Shown here one piece after another: positions 38,360 through 49,618 of a DNA stretch of 64,000 bases. Under the pieces are notes generated by a model. The model worked only from the letters and a program-made list of their open reading frames with translations. It was not told the origin of the DNA and searched no databases. This stretch comes from an uncultured Acidobacteriota bacterium (lineage in GTDB: Bacteria > Acidobacteriota > Vicinamibacteria > Vicinamibacterales > CAVVIG01). The stretch is taken from contig CAVQZZ010000002.1 of assembly GCA_963718825.1 (NCBI GenBank), forward strand, positions 414,813-478,812, in the 5' to 3' direction. A program made the translations under genes and the position numbers. Each line of letters opens with the position of its first letter. Position 1 is the stretch's first letter.

Positions 38360-40967
38360 ATGGTCAAACGCGCGCTCTCGACAGCCCTGCTTCTGTGCGT
38401 CTTCTGCGTGCCGTCGGCGCTCGCCGCGCGCCTCCCGACGACGGTCACGCCCGAGCACTACGATTTGAAGTTCGTGGTCGATGTGGCCAACGCGCGCTTC
38501 GACGGCAACGAAACGATCCGCGTTCAGGTCACGACGCCAACCAGCCAGGTCGTCATGAACGCGGCGGAGATCACGTTCGGCGACGTGACCATCGGCAACG
38601 GGTCGGCCGCGCAGAAGGCGACCGTGGCGCTGAACGCAGACGACCAGACCGCCACGCTTTCCGTCCCGAAGCCGCTCGCCGCCGGCCTCCATGAGATTCA
38701 CATCGCGTATCGCGGCGTGTTGAACGATCAGCTGCGCGGTTTCTATCTGAGCAAGAGCAAGACGCGCAACTACGCGGTCACGCAATTCGAAGCGACGGAC
38801 GCGCGGCGGGCGTTCCCTTGCTTCGACGAGCCAGCTTTCAAGGCGACGTTCGCGGTCACGCTCGTGATCGACAAGCGCGACATCGCGATTTCGAACGGTA
38901 AGGTGACGTCCGACACACCCGGTCCGGGGGCGGAGCAACACACGGTCGTGTTCGCGCCCTCCCCCAAGATGTCGTCGTATCTCGTCGCAATGGCCGTCGG
39001 CGATTTCGAATGCCTCAGCGGCAGTGCCGACAACGTGCCGATTCGGATATGCACGACGCCGGACAAGAAGAATATGGCCGAGCTCGCGCTGCAATCGGCG
39101 GAGCAGATCCTGAAGTTCTACAACAGCTATTACGCCATCAAATATCCGTTCGGAAAGCTCGACGTGCTCGCCGTGCCTGATTTCGCGGCCGGCGCGATGG
39201 AGAACACCGCCGCCATCTTTTACCGCGAGACCGATCTGCTCGCCGAAACGAACGGCGCGTCGGTGCGGACGCGAAAGACCATCGCGTCGGTCCTGGCCCA
39301 CGAAATGGCGCACCAATGGTTCGGCGATCTCGTCACGATGCGATGGTGGGACGACATCTGGTTGAACGAAGGGTTCGCGACGTGGATGGCGAACAAGCCG
39401 CTCGCCGCCGCCCATCCCGAGTGGAACGTCGCCGTCGACGAGGCGCTCGAGAACCAGACCGCGCTCGCGCTCGACTCGCTGAAGGCCACGCGCCCCATTC
39501 ACGCCGCCGCGAATACGCCGGCCGAGATCGACGAGGCATTCGACGCAATCGCCTATCAGAAAGGCGCCGCCGTGCTGCGCATGATCGAGAGCTACGTCGG
39601 CGAAGAATCATTTCGCAAAGGCGTCAACGGCTACCTGCAGGCGCACGCGTACGGGAACGCCGCAGCGCCCGACTTCTGGACGGCAATCGCGGCGGCGGCC
39701 GGCAAACCCGTGGACAAGATCATGCCGACGTTCGTGAATCAGCCCGGCGTTCCGCTCGTGACGGTATCGGTGAGCTGTGACGCGGCAAAGACCACGACCC
39801 GCGGCGCGTTGACGCAAAATCGCTTTACGCTCGGCGCGCGCGTCGAACGAGCGCTGGGACATTCCCGTGTGCCCGAAAGGCGAGGGATCGGATAAACCGG
39901 GCACGTGCGCGATCGTCGACAAGGCCGAACAGGTCGTGCCGCTCGCCCACGGCTGTCCATCCTGGGTGTTCATCAACGGCGGGGGTCGCGGGTACTTCCG
40001 GACCGCGTATCCGCCGGAGATGCTGCGGGCGCTCGCGCCGAACATCGAAAGCGGGCTCACGGCGCCCGAGCGGATTGTGTTGATGGACGACGAGTGGGCG
40101 CTCGTTCGCGCCGGACGGCACACGGTCGGCGACTATCTGACGCTCGCAAGCGGCTTCAGCGCCGAGACCTCCGCGGGCGCGCTCGGCGTCGTGACCGATC
40201 GGCTCGGAATGATGCACGCGTATCTGACGACCGACGCCGATCGGCCGAAGCTCGAAGCGTTCATGCAACGCCTGCTGCAGCCGATCATGCAGCGCGTGGG
40301 TTTCGCGGCGAGCCCGTCGGATTCGGACGACCGTCGCGAGCTCCGCGCCGTCGTCGTCGGCAGCCTCGGACGCAGCGGCAACGATCCTACGGTCGTCGAG
40401 CAGGCGCGGAGCACGTTGACGGCAGCTTTGAACGGCGGCCCTCCGCTCGACCCGACGATGGCGACGACGATCACGCGGGTTGCGGCTGCGCACGGCGACG
40501 CGACGCTGTTCGACGCGCTGGCGGCCGCGGCCGAGCGCGCGAAGTCTCCTGAAGACCATTACCGCTATCTGAACGCCCTCAGCGAGTTCACCGAACCGGG
40601 GCTAATGGATCGCGCGTTGAAGATGTCGCTGTCGCCGGAAATGCGCAATCAGGATACCGCGCTGTACCTGGCACAATTTCTCGGGAACCCCGCCGTCAAC
40701 GCGCGCGCGTGGGCATTCGTCAAGCAGAACTGGACGGTGCTCGCGCCGAAGATCACGATTTTCGGCGGCGATACGAACATGGTCGGCGCGCTCGGATCGT
40801 TCTGCGATGCGGCGTCACGCGACGACATCGTGGCTTTTTTCGCGGCGCACAAGCTGCCGAGCGCCGCGCGCGGAATTCAGCAGACCATCGAGACGATCAA
40901 TAACTGCATCGCGCTCAAACAGCAGCAGCAGCCCGCGCTGGCGGCGTGGCTCGACCGCGCACGGTAG
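38360..40967 (+). CDS. Exported M1-family aminopeptidase (aminopeptidase N-like); frame break near 39840
   Basis: Signal peptide MVKRALSTALLLCVFCVPSALA. GAMEN exopeptidase motif. HEMAHQWFGDLVTMRWWDDIWLNEGFA (HExxH-x18-E). The ERAP1-like C-terminal domain continues in ORF 39867-40967. Confidence 0.9.
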
Positions 40968-40981
40968 GCAACAATAAACGG

Positions 40982-41632
40982 TCAACGAAACGTGCGTTTC
41001 GCGCGAACCGCGTCGCGCGCCGACACGGCCGGGTGACCGGCAGCGCATGCGCGCCACGGCCGATCGACCCCGACGTTGATGCCGATGCGAGGGCCCCAGA
41101 CGACGGCGCCCGGATCGATCCCGCGATCCTCGACGAACAACCGGTCCCCGACGAGATCCACTCTGTTTTCCGACAACGTGATCCCCATCGCCATCGTCAG
41201 ATTGCCGGGACCACGACAGAGATCGTGAAGACGCAGGCCATCAGCCGCGCCGGAGCGCCGGCCTTTCGCCGTGCGAGCGCGGCGGCGGCGCATGACGACG
41301 ATGCCCTCGAGCGGCTCCAACGCACGGAGGAGCACGGCCGCGGGCGAGCCCGCCCGCTCGGTTACGACGTTGACGAGGCAGTGGATCCCGTAATTGAGGT
41401 ACACGTACGCGTAGCCAGGCGGACCGTAGAGCGGCTCGTTGCGGCGCGTCGGGCCAGGCGCCGCGTGGCAGGCGGGATCCGATTCGCCGATGTACGCTTC
41501 GACTTCGACGATGACGCCGCTCGTCATCGTGCCGCGTCGATGGTGCACGAGAACTTTGCCGAGGAGATCGCGTGCCACGTCGAGCGTGGGGCGATCGTAA
41601 AAGCTGCGAGGCAGCTTTCTGGCTCCACGCAC
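40982..41632 (-). CDS. mpg: DNA-3-methyladenine glycosylase (MPG/AAG family); GTG start
   Basis: LPRSFYDRPTLDVARDLLGKVLVH...GVIVEVEAYIGESDPACHA...GPPGYAYVYLNYGIHCLVNVV...LCRGPGNLT. It is the C-terminal part of ORF 40982-42265. Confidence 0.88.
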   Translation of the reverse strand: MRGARKLPRSFYDRPTLDVARDLLGKVLVHHRRGTMTSGVIVEVEAYIGESDPACHAAPGPTRRNEPLYGPPGYAYVYLNYGIHCLVNVVTERAGSPAAVLLRALEPLEGIVVMRRRRARTAKGRRSGAADGLRLHDLCRGPGNLTMAMGITLSENRVDLVGDRLFVEDRGIDPGAVVWGPRIGINVGVDRPWRACAAGHPAVSARDAVRAKRTFR

Positions 41633-41639
41633 CGCGCTG

Positions 41640-44628
41640 CTACCGTCCCGTGGCGTACGCGTGTGAGCGGCCTTCCGCGAGAACCGGCCGCAAATAGCAG
41701 CCAGTAAACGACCCGTCGACCTGCGCCACCTGCTCGGGGGTGCCGGTAGCGACGACCTCGCCGCCTGCGTGTCCACCTTCAGGGCCGAGGTCGATGATGT
41801 AGTCGGCCGTTTTGATGACGTCGAGGTTGTGCTCGATGACGAGCAGCGTGTGTCCCGCCTCGAGCAGCTTCTTGAACGCGGTGAGCAGCTTGGCGATGTC
41901 GTCGAAGTGGAGACCCGTGGTCGGCTCGTCGAGGATATAGAGCAGTCGCTCGCCGCCGTGCGACGAGAGATGCGCGGCAATCTTGATCCGCTGCGCCTCG
42001 CCACCCGACAGCGTCGTCGCAGGCTGACCGAGACGAAGATAGCCGAGGCCGATCTCATCGAGCACCTGTAGACGACGCAGAACCTTGGGCGAGCTGCTGA
42101 AGAACGTGAGTGCTTCGCGAACAGTGAGATCGAGAACCTGGTGAATCGACCGCCCGCGATAGCGGACCTCGAGCACCTGCGGCTTGAACCGTTTGCCGTC
42201 GCACTGATCGCACGGGACGAACACATCCGCGAGAAACTGCATCTCCACGCGGACTTCGCCTTCACCCTGGCATGCCTCGCAACGGCCGCCGGGGACGTTG
42301 AACGAGAAATGGCTCGCGGTGAGGCCGCGCGAGCGCGCGTCCTTGGTGGCCGCGAACAGCTCGCGGATCGGATCGAACGCCTTCAGATAGGTCACCGGGT
42401 TCGATCGCGGCGTGCGGCCGATCGGCGCCTGGTCGACGAGCACCGTATCCGTGATGTACTCGACGCCTTCGAGCTTCTTGAACGTGCCGACGCGCTTGTC
42501 CCAGCCGCCTTTCGCGCGCTTGATCGCCGCGTACAACACGTCGTGCACGATCGTCGACTTGCCGGACCCGCTGACGCCGGTCACGCACGTGAGCGCGTTC
42601 AGCGGGATGCTGATGTCGACGTTCTTCAGGTTGTGCTCGCTGGCGCCGATCAGCCGGATCTTCTGCCCGGATCCCTGCGCCGGGTCGTCGGCACCGGGAT
42701 CGCGAGCTCCTGACGCAGGTACTTCGACGTCAGCGAGCGCGGCTCCCGCATCAGCCCATCGAGTGTCCCTGAAAAGACGACGCGTCCACCCTGCTCGCCC
42801 GCTCCGAGCCCGAGATCGACAATGTGATCGGCGACCTTGATCATGTCGGCGTCGTGCTCGACCACGAGCACGGTATTTCCCTGATCGCGCAGCTGACGCA
42901 GGATCGCAATCAGGCGGAGGTTGTCGCGCGAGTGCAGTCCGATGGACGGCTCGTCGAGAACATAGAGGGTGCCGACGAGCGCCGACCCGAGCGACGTCGC
43001 GAGATTGATGCGCTGCGCTTCGCCGCCGGAGAGCGTCGAGGACAACCGATCGAGCGTCAGATAATCCAGGCCCACGTCGCTCAGAAACGACAGACGTTTG
43101 CGAATTTCCGTCAGCACCTTGTCGGCGACGGCGGCTTCCTTCTCGGTCAACCCGAGCTCCCCGAGAAACTGTTGTGCTTCGCTCACCGTCAGCGCCGAGA
43201 CGCGGTCGATCGTCTGGCCCGCGACACGGACATCGCGCGCTTCGCGGCGCAGCCGCGCGCCGCCGCAGTCCGGACATGTGAGGTACCCACGGTACCGGCT
43301 CAGGAACACGCGGACGTGCACCTTGTATTTCTTGCGCTCGAGCCATCGGAAGAAGCCGCGTATGCCCTCGTAATCGTCGCCACCCCTCGACGACGAATCG
43401 CTTCTCCTCGTCGGTGAGATCGGACCACGGGACGTCCAGGCGAATCTTCGCTTTCCTGGCTGCCCGCTTCAGATCGGCGAACTCGCTCCGATAGTGCGGC
43501 TTGCTCCACGGTTCAATGGCGCCCTGGAGAATCGACTTCGAGCGATCCGGCACGACGAGATCCATATCGAGCTCGATGATGTTTCCGAACCCGTGGCACG
43601 TCGGACAGGCTCCGAACGGGTTGTTGAACGAAAACAGCCGCGGCTGCGGATCTTCGTACGGGATCCCGCACGCGCGGCATTCGAACCGCTCGGAGAATCG
43701 ATGCACGACTGAGGACTGATCGCCGGCGGCGGACGACTGCTCAATCGCCCACGCCGCGCCGCCGCCTTCGAGATACGCCGTCTCGATCGAATCGGTCAGC
43801 CGATGGCGGAGATCGTCTTCGTTGAGCGGCGAGCCGATCGACGACGACCTGCAACATCGATCGATTGGTCAGCGCAGCCATCGCCGCCGGATCGAGGTCG
43901 TCGAGCGTCACCGCCCGGCCATCCACGAGGAGACGTCTGAAGCCTTTGCGGCGCAGCGTCGCGATCGCCGCCGCTGCGGCGCCCGTGGTCCGCTCGCCGT
44001 TCTGCGAGCCGGCGGTTCCAGCGTCGCGGTCCGGCGCGCGCCCACCATCGGCGGCCGATAATGCCGCTTCGTCGCCCTGCTCGCCCGCGACTTCGTGCAG
44101 CTCGTCGACCTCCTGCGCGTTCGCGGACGTCTCGATCACCGGCAGATCGAAGCCGATCAGCAGCCGGGTGCCGGCGGGAAGCTCGGCGAGCTGCCGCGCG
44201 ACGACTTCGGCGGTTTCCCGAACGACTTCCCGCCCGCAGGAGCGGCAGAACGTGCGTCCAATCCGCGCGAACAGCAGCCGCATGTAATCGTGAATTTCCG
44301 TCGTGGTGCCGACGGTCGACCGGGGATTGCGGATGCTGTTCTTCTGCCGGATGGCGATCGCGGGCGAGATTCCGTCGATCCGGTCGACGTCGGGCTTCTC
44401 CATCCGCTCGAGGAATTGCCGCGCGTACGCCGACAATGATTCGACATACCGCCGCTGGCCTTCGGCGTAGATCGTGTCGAAGGCGAGCGACGATTTTCCG
44501 GATCCGCTGACGCCGGTAACGATGATCAGCTTCCCGACGGGGAGAGTGACATCGATATTCTTGAGGTTGTGCGTCCGTGCGCCGCGAACGACAAGGTCAG
44601 CGGCCGCGGGTGCAGCGCTATTCGGCAT
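41640..44628 (-). CDS. uvrA: Excinuclease ABC subunit A family protein; three frame breaks near 43825, 43380 and 42690
   Basis: Two ABC modules: Walker [14 protein letters not shown] and [13 protein letters not shown], signatures [12 protein letters not shown] and [12 protein letters not shown]. Zinc modules CRACG...CPTCHGFG and CEACQGEG...CDQCDG. Pieces in ORFs 43741-44628, 41640-43706 and 42650-43321. Confidence 0.93.
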
Positions 44629-44737
44629 GGTTGGTTGATGACCTGCCCGGGTGCGATTTTTCCGAGTGGTTTAACCACCCATCGTAGCGCAGGCCCATGG
44701 CCGAGGCAACCGCCGACGTGACTCGATCAGTATCGCG

Positions 44738-45136
44738 TCAATCCTTTCGAAGCGTCTTCACGTACTCGACGACGGTCCAGGCATCGTCCTTCGTCATCTC
44801 GGATTTGAAGGCGGGCATCTTCGGCTTCGAGCGGCCGTTCCAGACCTTGTAGAAGAGCACGCCGTCGGGGTTCACCGATGCGCGGGCGGTGTCCGTCAAA
44901 TCGGCGGCCGGACCGTCGGGATCTGACTCGGGACCGTCGCCTTTGCCATCTTTGCCGTGGCAGCGTTGGCACTTCGATTTGAAAACGGATGCGCCCTTCT
45001 TCAATACGTCGGTCGTCGGCTGAACCGGACTCTTTTCCTCGCGGCCGGCAGCGGGAATCGTCCACCCGCTTTGCGCAAACGCGACGACCGTCGCACAGAA
45101 CACCGCGATGAGGACGAGCGAGGCTGATTTCCGCAT
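44738..45136 (-). CDS. Exported mono-haem c-type cytochrome
   Basis: Signal peptide MRKSASLVLIAVFCATVVAFA. Haem motif CQRCH. Distal Met context SKPKMPAF. Confidence 0.85.
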   Translation of the reverse strand: MRKSASLVLIAVFCATVVAFAQSGWTIPAAGREEKSPVQPTTDVLKKGASVFKSKCQRCHGKDGKGDGPESDPDGPAADLTDTARASVNPDGVLFYKVWNGRSKPKMPAFKSEMTKDDAWTVVEYVKTLRKD

Positions 45137-45162
45137 ATGCCCGTATTATAGTTCGCACATCT

Positions 45163-46369
45163 ATGCGCGAGTCCCGTTCGCGTCGCTGGTTCCTCGGCGC
45201 CGGCGGCGCCATTGCCGCGGCCATCGCGGCCTGCAAGTCGAAACCGGTGCCCGCAGAACCGCGCGCGCTCGGTGCCGGCATCAGCCCGTACGGCAGCCGG
45301 TCGAGATTCGACAAGGCGACGCGCTTCTTCCGTCCGACGACCATTCCCGAGGAGGCGTCGAGCCGCACGCCGCTCCAGGACACGTTCGGCATCATCACAC
45401 CGTCGTCGCTCCACTTCGAACGTCACCACGGCGGCGTACCCGAGATCGATCCCGCGCTCCATACGCTGACGATTCATGGTCTGGTCGATCGGCCGACGGT
45501 GTTCACGGTCGCCGAGCTCAAGCGGATGCCGTCGCTGTCCAGAATTGTTTTCCTGGAGTGCTCGGGCAACAGCGCGAGCGAATGGCGCGGCGCCGGCGAG
45601 AGCGATGTACAGCGCGCGCACGGTCTCACGAGCTGCAGCGAGTGGACGGGCGTACAGGCTTTCGACGCTGCTGAACGAGTGCGGCGCACAGCCGGGCGGA
45701 AGCTGGATTCTCGCGGAAGGCGCGGACGCCTGCAAACTGGCGCGCAGCGTGCCGATCGCAAAAGCGATGGACGATGCGCTCGTGGTTTACGCACAGAACG
45801 GCGAGCCGCTTCGCCCTGAGCAGGGCTACCCCCTGCGGCTGCTGCTGCCCGGATGGGAAGGCAACACGAACGTGAAATGGCTGCGCCGGCTCAAGGTGAT
45901 GAACCAGCCTGCGATGACCCGTTGGGAGACGTCAAAGTACACGGATCTGCTGGCGGACGGCACCGCACGACAATTCACGTTCGACATGGACGCGAAGTCC
46001 GTGATCACGCGGCCGTCGGGAGGCATGGCGCTCGACGGTGCCGGCGTATACGAATTGACGGGGATCGCATGGTCCGGCCGAGGGACGATCGCGCGCGTCG
46101 ACGTCACGACCGATGGCGGCGTCACGTGGGTGAAGGCCGACCTGCAGAATCCCGTGCTGCCTCGCGCGCATACGCGCTTCCGCTGGACATGGAAATGGGA
46201 CGGCGGGCCGGCGACGCTCGCGTCGCGCGCAATCGACGACACTGGGTACGAGCAGCCGCCGCTGACGACGCTCGTCGGCGTACGCGGCTTCAACTCCAAT
46301 TACCACAACAACGCGATTCAGCTCTGGAAGGTCGCCGCCGACGGGAAGATCACCAATGGCAACGGCTAG
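45163..46369 (+). CDS. soxC: Molybdopterin sulfite/sulfane dehydrogenase catalytic subunit (SoxC/SorA-like); frame break near 45655
   Basis: Tat signal SRRWFLGAGG. HFERHHGGVP. Moco-Cys context FLECSGNS. C-terminal dimerisation domain in ORF 45476-46369 (GYPLRLLLPGWEGNTNVKWLRRL). Confidence 0.85.
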
Positions 46370-46940
46370 GAAGATTTTCGTTGCGGCGCTGCTCTGCGGC
46401 GCCACTGCCGCAGGCGCGCGAACGGTCGCGCAATCGCCGACATACGGCCTTGGACGACCAGCGACGTCCGCCGATATCTCGCCGATCGACATCGACGTCG
46501 AGCCCGACGGACATGGTCTTCTGCCTGGGAGCGGTACGGCGGCGCGAGGCAAGGTCGTGTATGCCGCGCGCTGTGTCACCTGCCACGGCGCGACCGGTAA
46601 AGAAGGTCCGCAAGACATTCTCGTCGGTGGGCGCGACACGCTGAAGACTCCGAAACCGCTGAAGACCGTCGGCAGCTACTGGCCGTACGCGACGACCGTG
46701 TGGGATTACGTGCACCGCGCGATGCCCTTCGATCATCCGGGCACGCTCACGCCGGATGACGTGTACGCCGCCACCGCCTACGTGCTCTTCCTCAACGGCA
46801 TCGTCGGCGAGAACGACCTAATCGATCAGACGACGCTGCCGAAGGTGAAGATGCCGAACCGCGATGGGTTCGTCGGCGATCCGCGGCCCGACACGGGATC
46901 CAAAATGCCGGCGGCGCCGACTCGAAAGAAGCCGTCGTGA
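46356..46940 (+). CDS. soxD: SoxD-like cytochrome c subunit of sulfite dehydrogenase
   Basis: ISPIDIDVEPDGHGLLPGSGTAARGKVVYAARCVTCHG (CxxCH), GSYWPYATTVWDYVHRAMP. Overlaps the soxC end by 14 nt. Confidence 0.8.
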   Translation: MATARKIFVAALLCGATAAGARTVAQSPTYGLGRPATSADISPIDIDVEPDGHGLLPGSGTAARGKVVYAARCVTCHGATGKEGPQDILVGGRDTLKTPKPLKTVGSYWPYATTVWDYVHRAMPFDHPGTLTPDDVYAATAYVLFLNGIVGENDLIDQTTLPKVKMPNRDGFVGDPRPDTGSKMPAAPTRKKPS

Positions 46941-47326
46941 AATTGTTCCGTTCGGACGCGGTGCCGCGTGAGATCGCCGATCCGAAAAGCTTCGTCGGCC
47001 CCGCCCATACGCAACGGCTCGCGTCGGACAGAGTCGGCACGCCGGTCGGCATCTATCGCGTCGATTTCGAGGATGGCGGGCGGACGAACTGGCACACGCA
47101 TTCTGGTCCGCAGTGGCTCCTGATTGTCGAGGGGCACGTACGCGTGCAGAAGGCGGGTGAGCCGTGCCGCGATGTCGCCGCGGGCGACGCCATCGTCATC
47201 GAACCCGGCGAGAAGCACTGGCACGGAGCCGTGCCAGGCAGCCGCGGCACGCATCTGGCGGTCAACGTGGACGTCTCGACCGACTGGCTCGAACCCGTAT
47301 CCGACGATCAATACAACCCGCGCTGA
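46937..47326 (+). CDS. Cupin-domain protein
   Basis: GGRTNWHTHSGPQWLLIVEGHVRV...GDAIVIEPGEKHWHGA (cupin motifs). GTGA start/stop overlap with soxD. Confidence 0.8.
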   Translation: MKLFRSDAVPREIADPKSFVGPAHTQRLASDRVGTPVGIYRVDFEDGGRTNWHTHSGPQWLLIVEGHVRVQKAGEPCRDVAAGDAIVIEPGEKHWHGAVPGSRGTHLAVNVDVSTDWLEPVSDDQYNPR

Positions 47327-47347
47327 TTTTCATCAAGGAGAACCGAC

Positions 47348-47717
47348 GTGCCGTCATCATCAACTGCCGTTGTTCATCACCGTTGGACCGATATCGCAGC
47401 CGAACAGATCACGCCCGCGATCTCGCGCCAGTTCATCTCCGGCGATCGCGTCACCATCGCGCGGTTCGAGTTGAAGCGCGGCGGCATCGTGCCGATGCAT
47501 TCGCATGAGAACGAGCAAGTGACGTTCGTCGTCACGGGCGCGCTCAAGTTCAAGATCGAAGGTCGCGAGGTCATCGTGCGCGGCGGGCGAGGTGCTTCAG
47601 ATTCCGGGTGCGGTTCCTCACGAGGTCGAAGTCGTCGACGATGCGCTGGTCGTCGACGTGTTCAGCCCGGTTCGGCAGGACTGGATTGACAAGACGGATT
47701 CATACTTCGGGCGATAG
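47348..47717 (+). CDS. Cupin-domain protein; frame break near 47585
   Basis: GGIVPMHSHENEQVTFVVTGALKF...; the +1 frame continues AGEVLQIPGAVPHEVEVVDDALVVDVFSPVRQDW to TAG 47715-47717. Confidence 0.7.
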
Positions 47718-47761
47718 CGCCGTGGCTGGTCGTTGGTGGTAGAATCACAAACTCCTGCCGT

Positions 47762-47837
47762 GCCGGCGTAGCTCAGTTGGTAGAGCAGCTGATTCGTAAT
47801 CAGCAGGTCACCAGTTCAAGTCTGGTCGCCGGCTCCA
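47762..47837 (+). tRNA. tRNA-Thr, anticodon CGT, encoded CCA
   Basis: Cloverleaf by hand: acceptor GCCGGCG/CGCCGGC, D arm GCTC-AGTTGGTA-GAGC, anticodon arm GCTGA-TTCGTAA-TCAGC, variable AGGTC, T arm ACCAG-TTCAAGT-CTGGT, discriminator T, CCA. Confidence 0.95.
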
Positions 47838-47993
47838 GTTTTCCTCGAAAATCTTCGATTCGGATTTCGCACTCATCGCGCGTCGATCTTCAGGGTCACA
47901 CCGGGGTCACACGAACGCGCGGCGAAATCCCGTCCGGTGGGGTTCGGGCTAACGCATCGCCATCACGACCAATTCGGCACCGCTTGATGTGCC

Positions 47994-48446
47994 TCAGTGG
48001 CGGTGCGCGTCAGGCAGACCAAGCTTGCTGACGGTGTCGCCCTCGAAGTCGAATTCGATTAACACCACCTGCTCCTTCCCCACGACCCAGCCGTCATGTC
48101 CGGGTTCAATGACGACAATCTGCGGCGCCTTGTGCTTGACGACGCACCCGTCGGCGTATTCGATGTGGATTTCGCCACGCGCCAGGAACCCGACATGCGC
48201 ATGCATGCAGAGGTCGGTGCCGGTGACCGGCTTCATGTCCTTCGCCCAGTGGAAGCCGGGCGGATAGATCATCCGTTTCACGCGAGCAGCGCCGGCGCGG
48301 CCGACGTCGAGGCGCACGTGCCCGATATAGCGATGCGTCGCGCCGCGGACCGTCGCGAGCAACGCATCACTACCCTTCTTGGCTGCGCGCGCGCGTTTTG
48401 CTGGCTTGACCGACGCCGTTTTCTTGGCAGCTTTCCTCTTTGGCAT
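47994..48446 (-). CDS. Hypothetical cupin-like protein with Lys/Ala-rich N-terminal tail
   Basis: MPKRKAAKKTASVKPAKRARAAKKG tail, then a beta-rich segment MHAHVGFLARGEIHIEYADG...VVIEPGHDGWVVG resembling a cupin barrel. Confidence 0.5.
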   Translation of the reverse strand: MPKRKAAKKTASVKPAKRARAAKKGSDALLATVRGATHRYIGHVRLDVGRAGAARVKRMIYPPGFHWAKDMKPVTGTDLCMHAHVGFLARGEIHIEYADGCVVKHKAPQIVVIEPGHDGWVVGKEQVVLIEFDFEGDTVSKLGLPDAHRH

Positions 48447-48608
48447 AGAACCTCACGGACCGCACAAATGCCGGTCAGGGAGTCGGCTCAGCGAATGTGT
48501 CTTGAACAAGTGTATCGGGAAAAAGGATAGGTGCGGGGGCGCGCAACCACCATTATCTGCAGCTCTGGCGCTTTGCCGCCTAACGAAAACGGCCCGAAAT
48601 TCGAGGTC

Positions 48609-49607
48609 TTACGGACGGCCTGGCCTGGACTCCGTCTCTGTACCAGGGGGCGCGTCGTGTCGGGGGCGAGTGATGGACAAGACCTGCTGGCGTACATGGT
48701 CGACCTGCAACGTTGTGTGATCAATCTTGAAACGCTGGTGCAGCATCTGTTCGAGCGCGCGTCTGACGCCGTGACAGTCGGCGTCAGACGCGACGAGCAC
48801 ATGCGCCGTCAGCACGGGGTGGCCAGGCGCGAGTTCCCACAGGTGCAGGTCATGCACCTGGCTGACGTGCTCAGCGTGGGCCATCGCCACGCCGACATCA
48901 GCCGGCACCAGGTCCTCCGGCGCGCACTCGAGTAACACGCGCAGGGCCTTGCGCTGCAGGCCGAATCCGGACCGGATCATGAGACCGGCCACGAAGAGCG
49001 ACGCGATCGCGTCGGCTCGATTGAAGCCCGTCACGATGATCACGATCCCCGCGATGAGCGTGCCGATGAACGCATAGAGATCCGTCAGAATGTGCTGAAA
49101 GCTGCCTTCGACGTTCAGGCTCTGACGGTTGGCCTTCGCCAGCACCCATGCCGCCGCGATGTTCACGACGACACCCACCGCCGCGACCGTCGTAACAAAT
49201 ACCCCCGCCACATCCGGCGGACGAATCAGCCGCCAGATCGCCTCGTAAATGACCAGGACGCCGAGCACCAGCAGCACCGCCCCGTTGGCTTGCCCACTGA
49301 GCACCTCGGCCCGGCGCATGCCATACGTCAGATGACCTCCAGCGGGACGCTGGACAAGCCGGATAACGACGAGGGACAGGACGAGTGCGCCCGCGTCCGT
49401 CAGCATGTGTCCCGCATCCGACAGCAGCGCCAGGGAGTGCGCCATGATCCCGACGACCACTTCGAAGGCCATGAAGCCAACGATCAGCAGCAGCGCGATC
49501 GTCAGGTAGCGCCGATCCGCATCGGCCGCGAGATCGTGCGAATGGCCATGACCATGATGGTGGTCGTGAGCATGCTGGTGATCCGCCTCGCTGTGTTGCC
49601 GGCTCAT
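48609..49607 (-). CDS. czcD: Cation diffusion facilitator family metal efflux transporter (CzcD/ZitB-like)
   Basis: His-rich N-terminus HQHAHDHHHGHGHSH. TM2 motif HSLALLSDAGHMLTD. FQHILTDLY. Cytoplasmic domain VHDLHLWEL. Start at the internal ATG of ORF 48609-49793. Confidence 0.9.
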   Translation of the reverse strand: MSRQHSEADHQHAHDHHHGHGHSHDLAADADRRYLTIALLLIVGFMAFEVVVGIMAHSLALLSDAGHMLTDAGALVLSLVVIRLVQRPAGGHLTYGMRRAEVLSGQANGAVLLVLGVLVIYEAIWRLIRPPDVAGVFVTTVAAVGVVVNIAAAWVLAKANRQSLNVEGSFQHILTDLYAFIGTLIAGIVIIVTGFNRADAIASLFVAGLMIRSGFGLQRKALRVLLECAPEDLVPADVGVAMAHAEHVSQVHDLHLWELAPGHPVLTAHVLVASDADCHGVRRALEQMLHQRFKIDHTTLQVDHVRQQVLSITRPRHDAPPGTETESRPGRP

Positions 49608-49618
49608 AACCGCCTCGC

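Noticed and set aside
42650-43321. 223-aa ORF with an ABC signature motif that could be called as a separate ABC ATPase.
   Set aside because: It is colinear with the middle of UvrA (between the N-terminal and C-terminal pieces in other frames) and is joined to them by single-base frame changes.
47838-47993. Direct repeat GGTCACAC x2 and the tRNA-proximal position suggested an att site or integrase remnant.
   Set aside because: The repeat is only 8 nt, there is no similarity to the tRNA 3' end, and no recombinase ORF exists in any frame.
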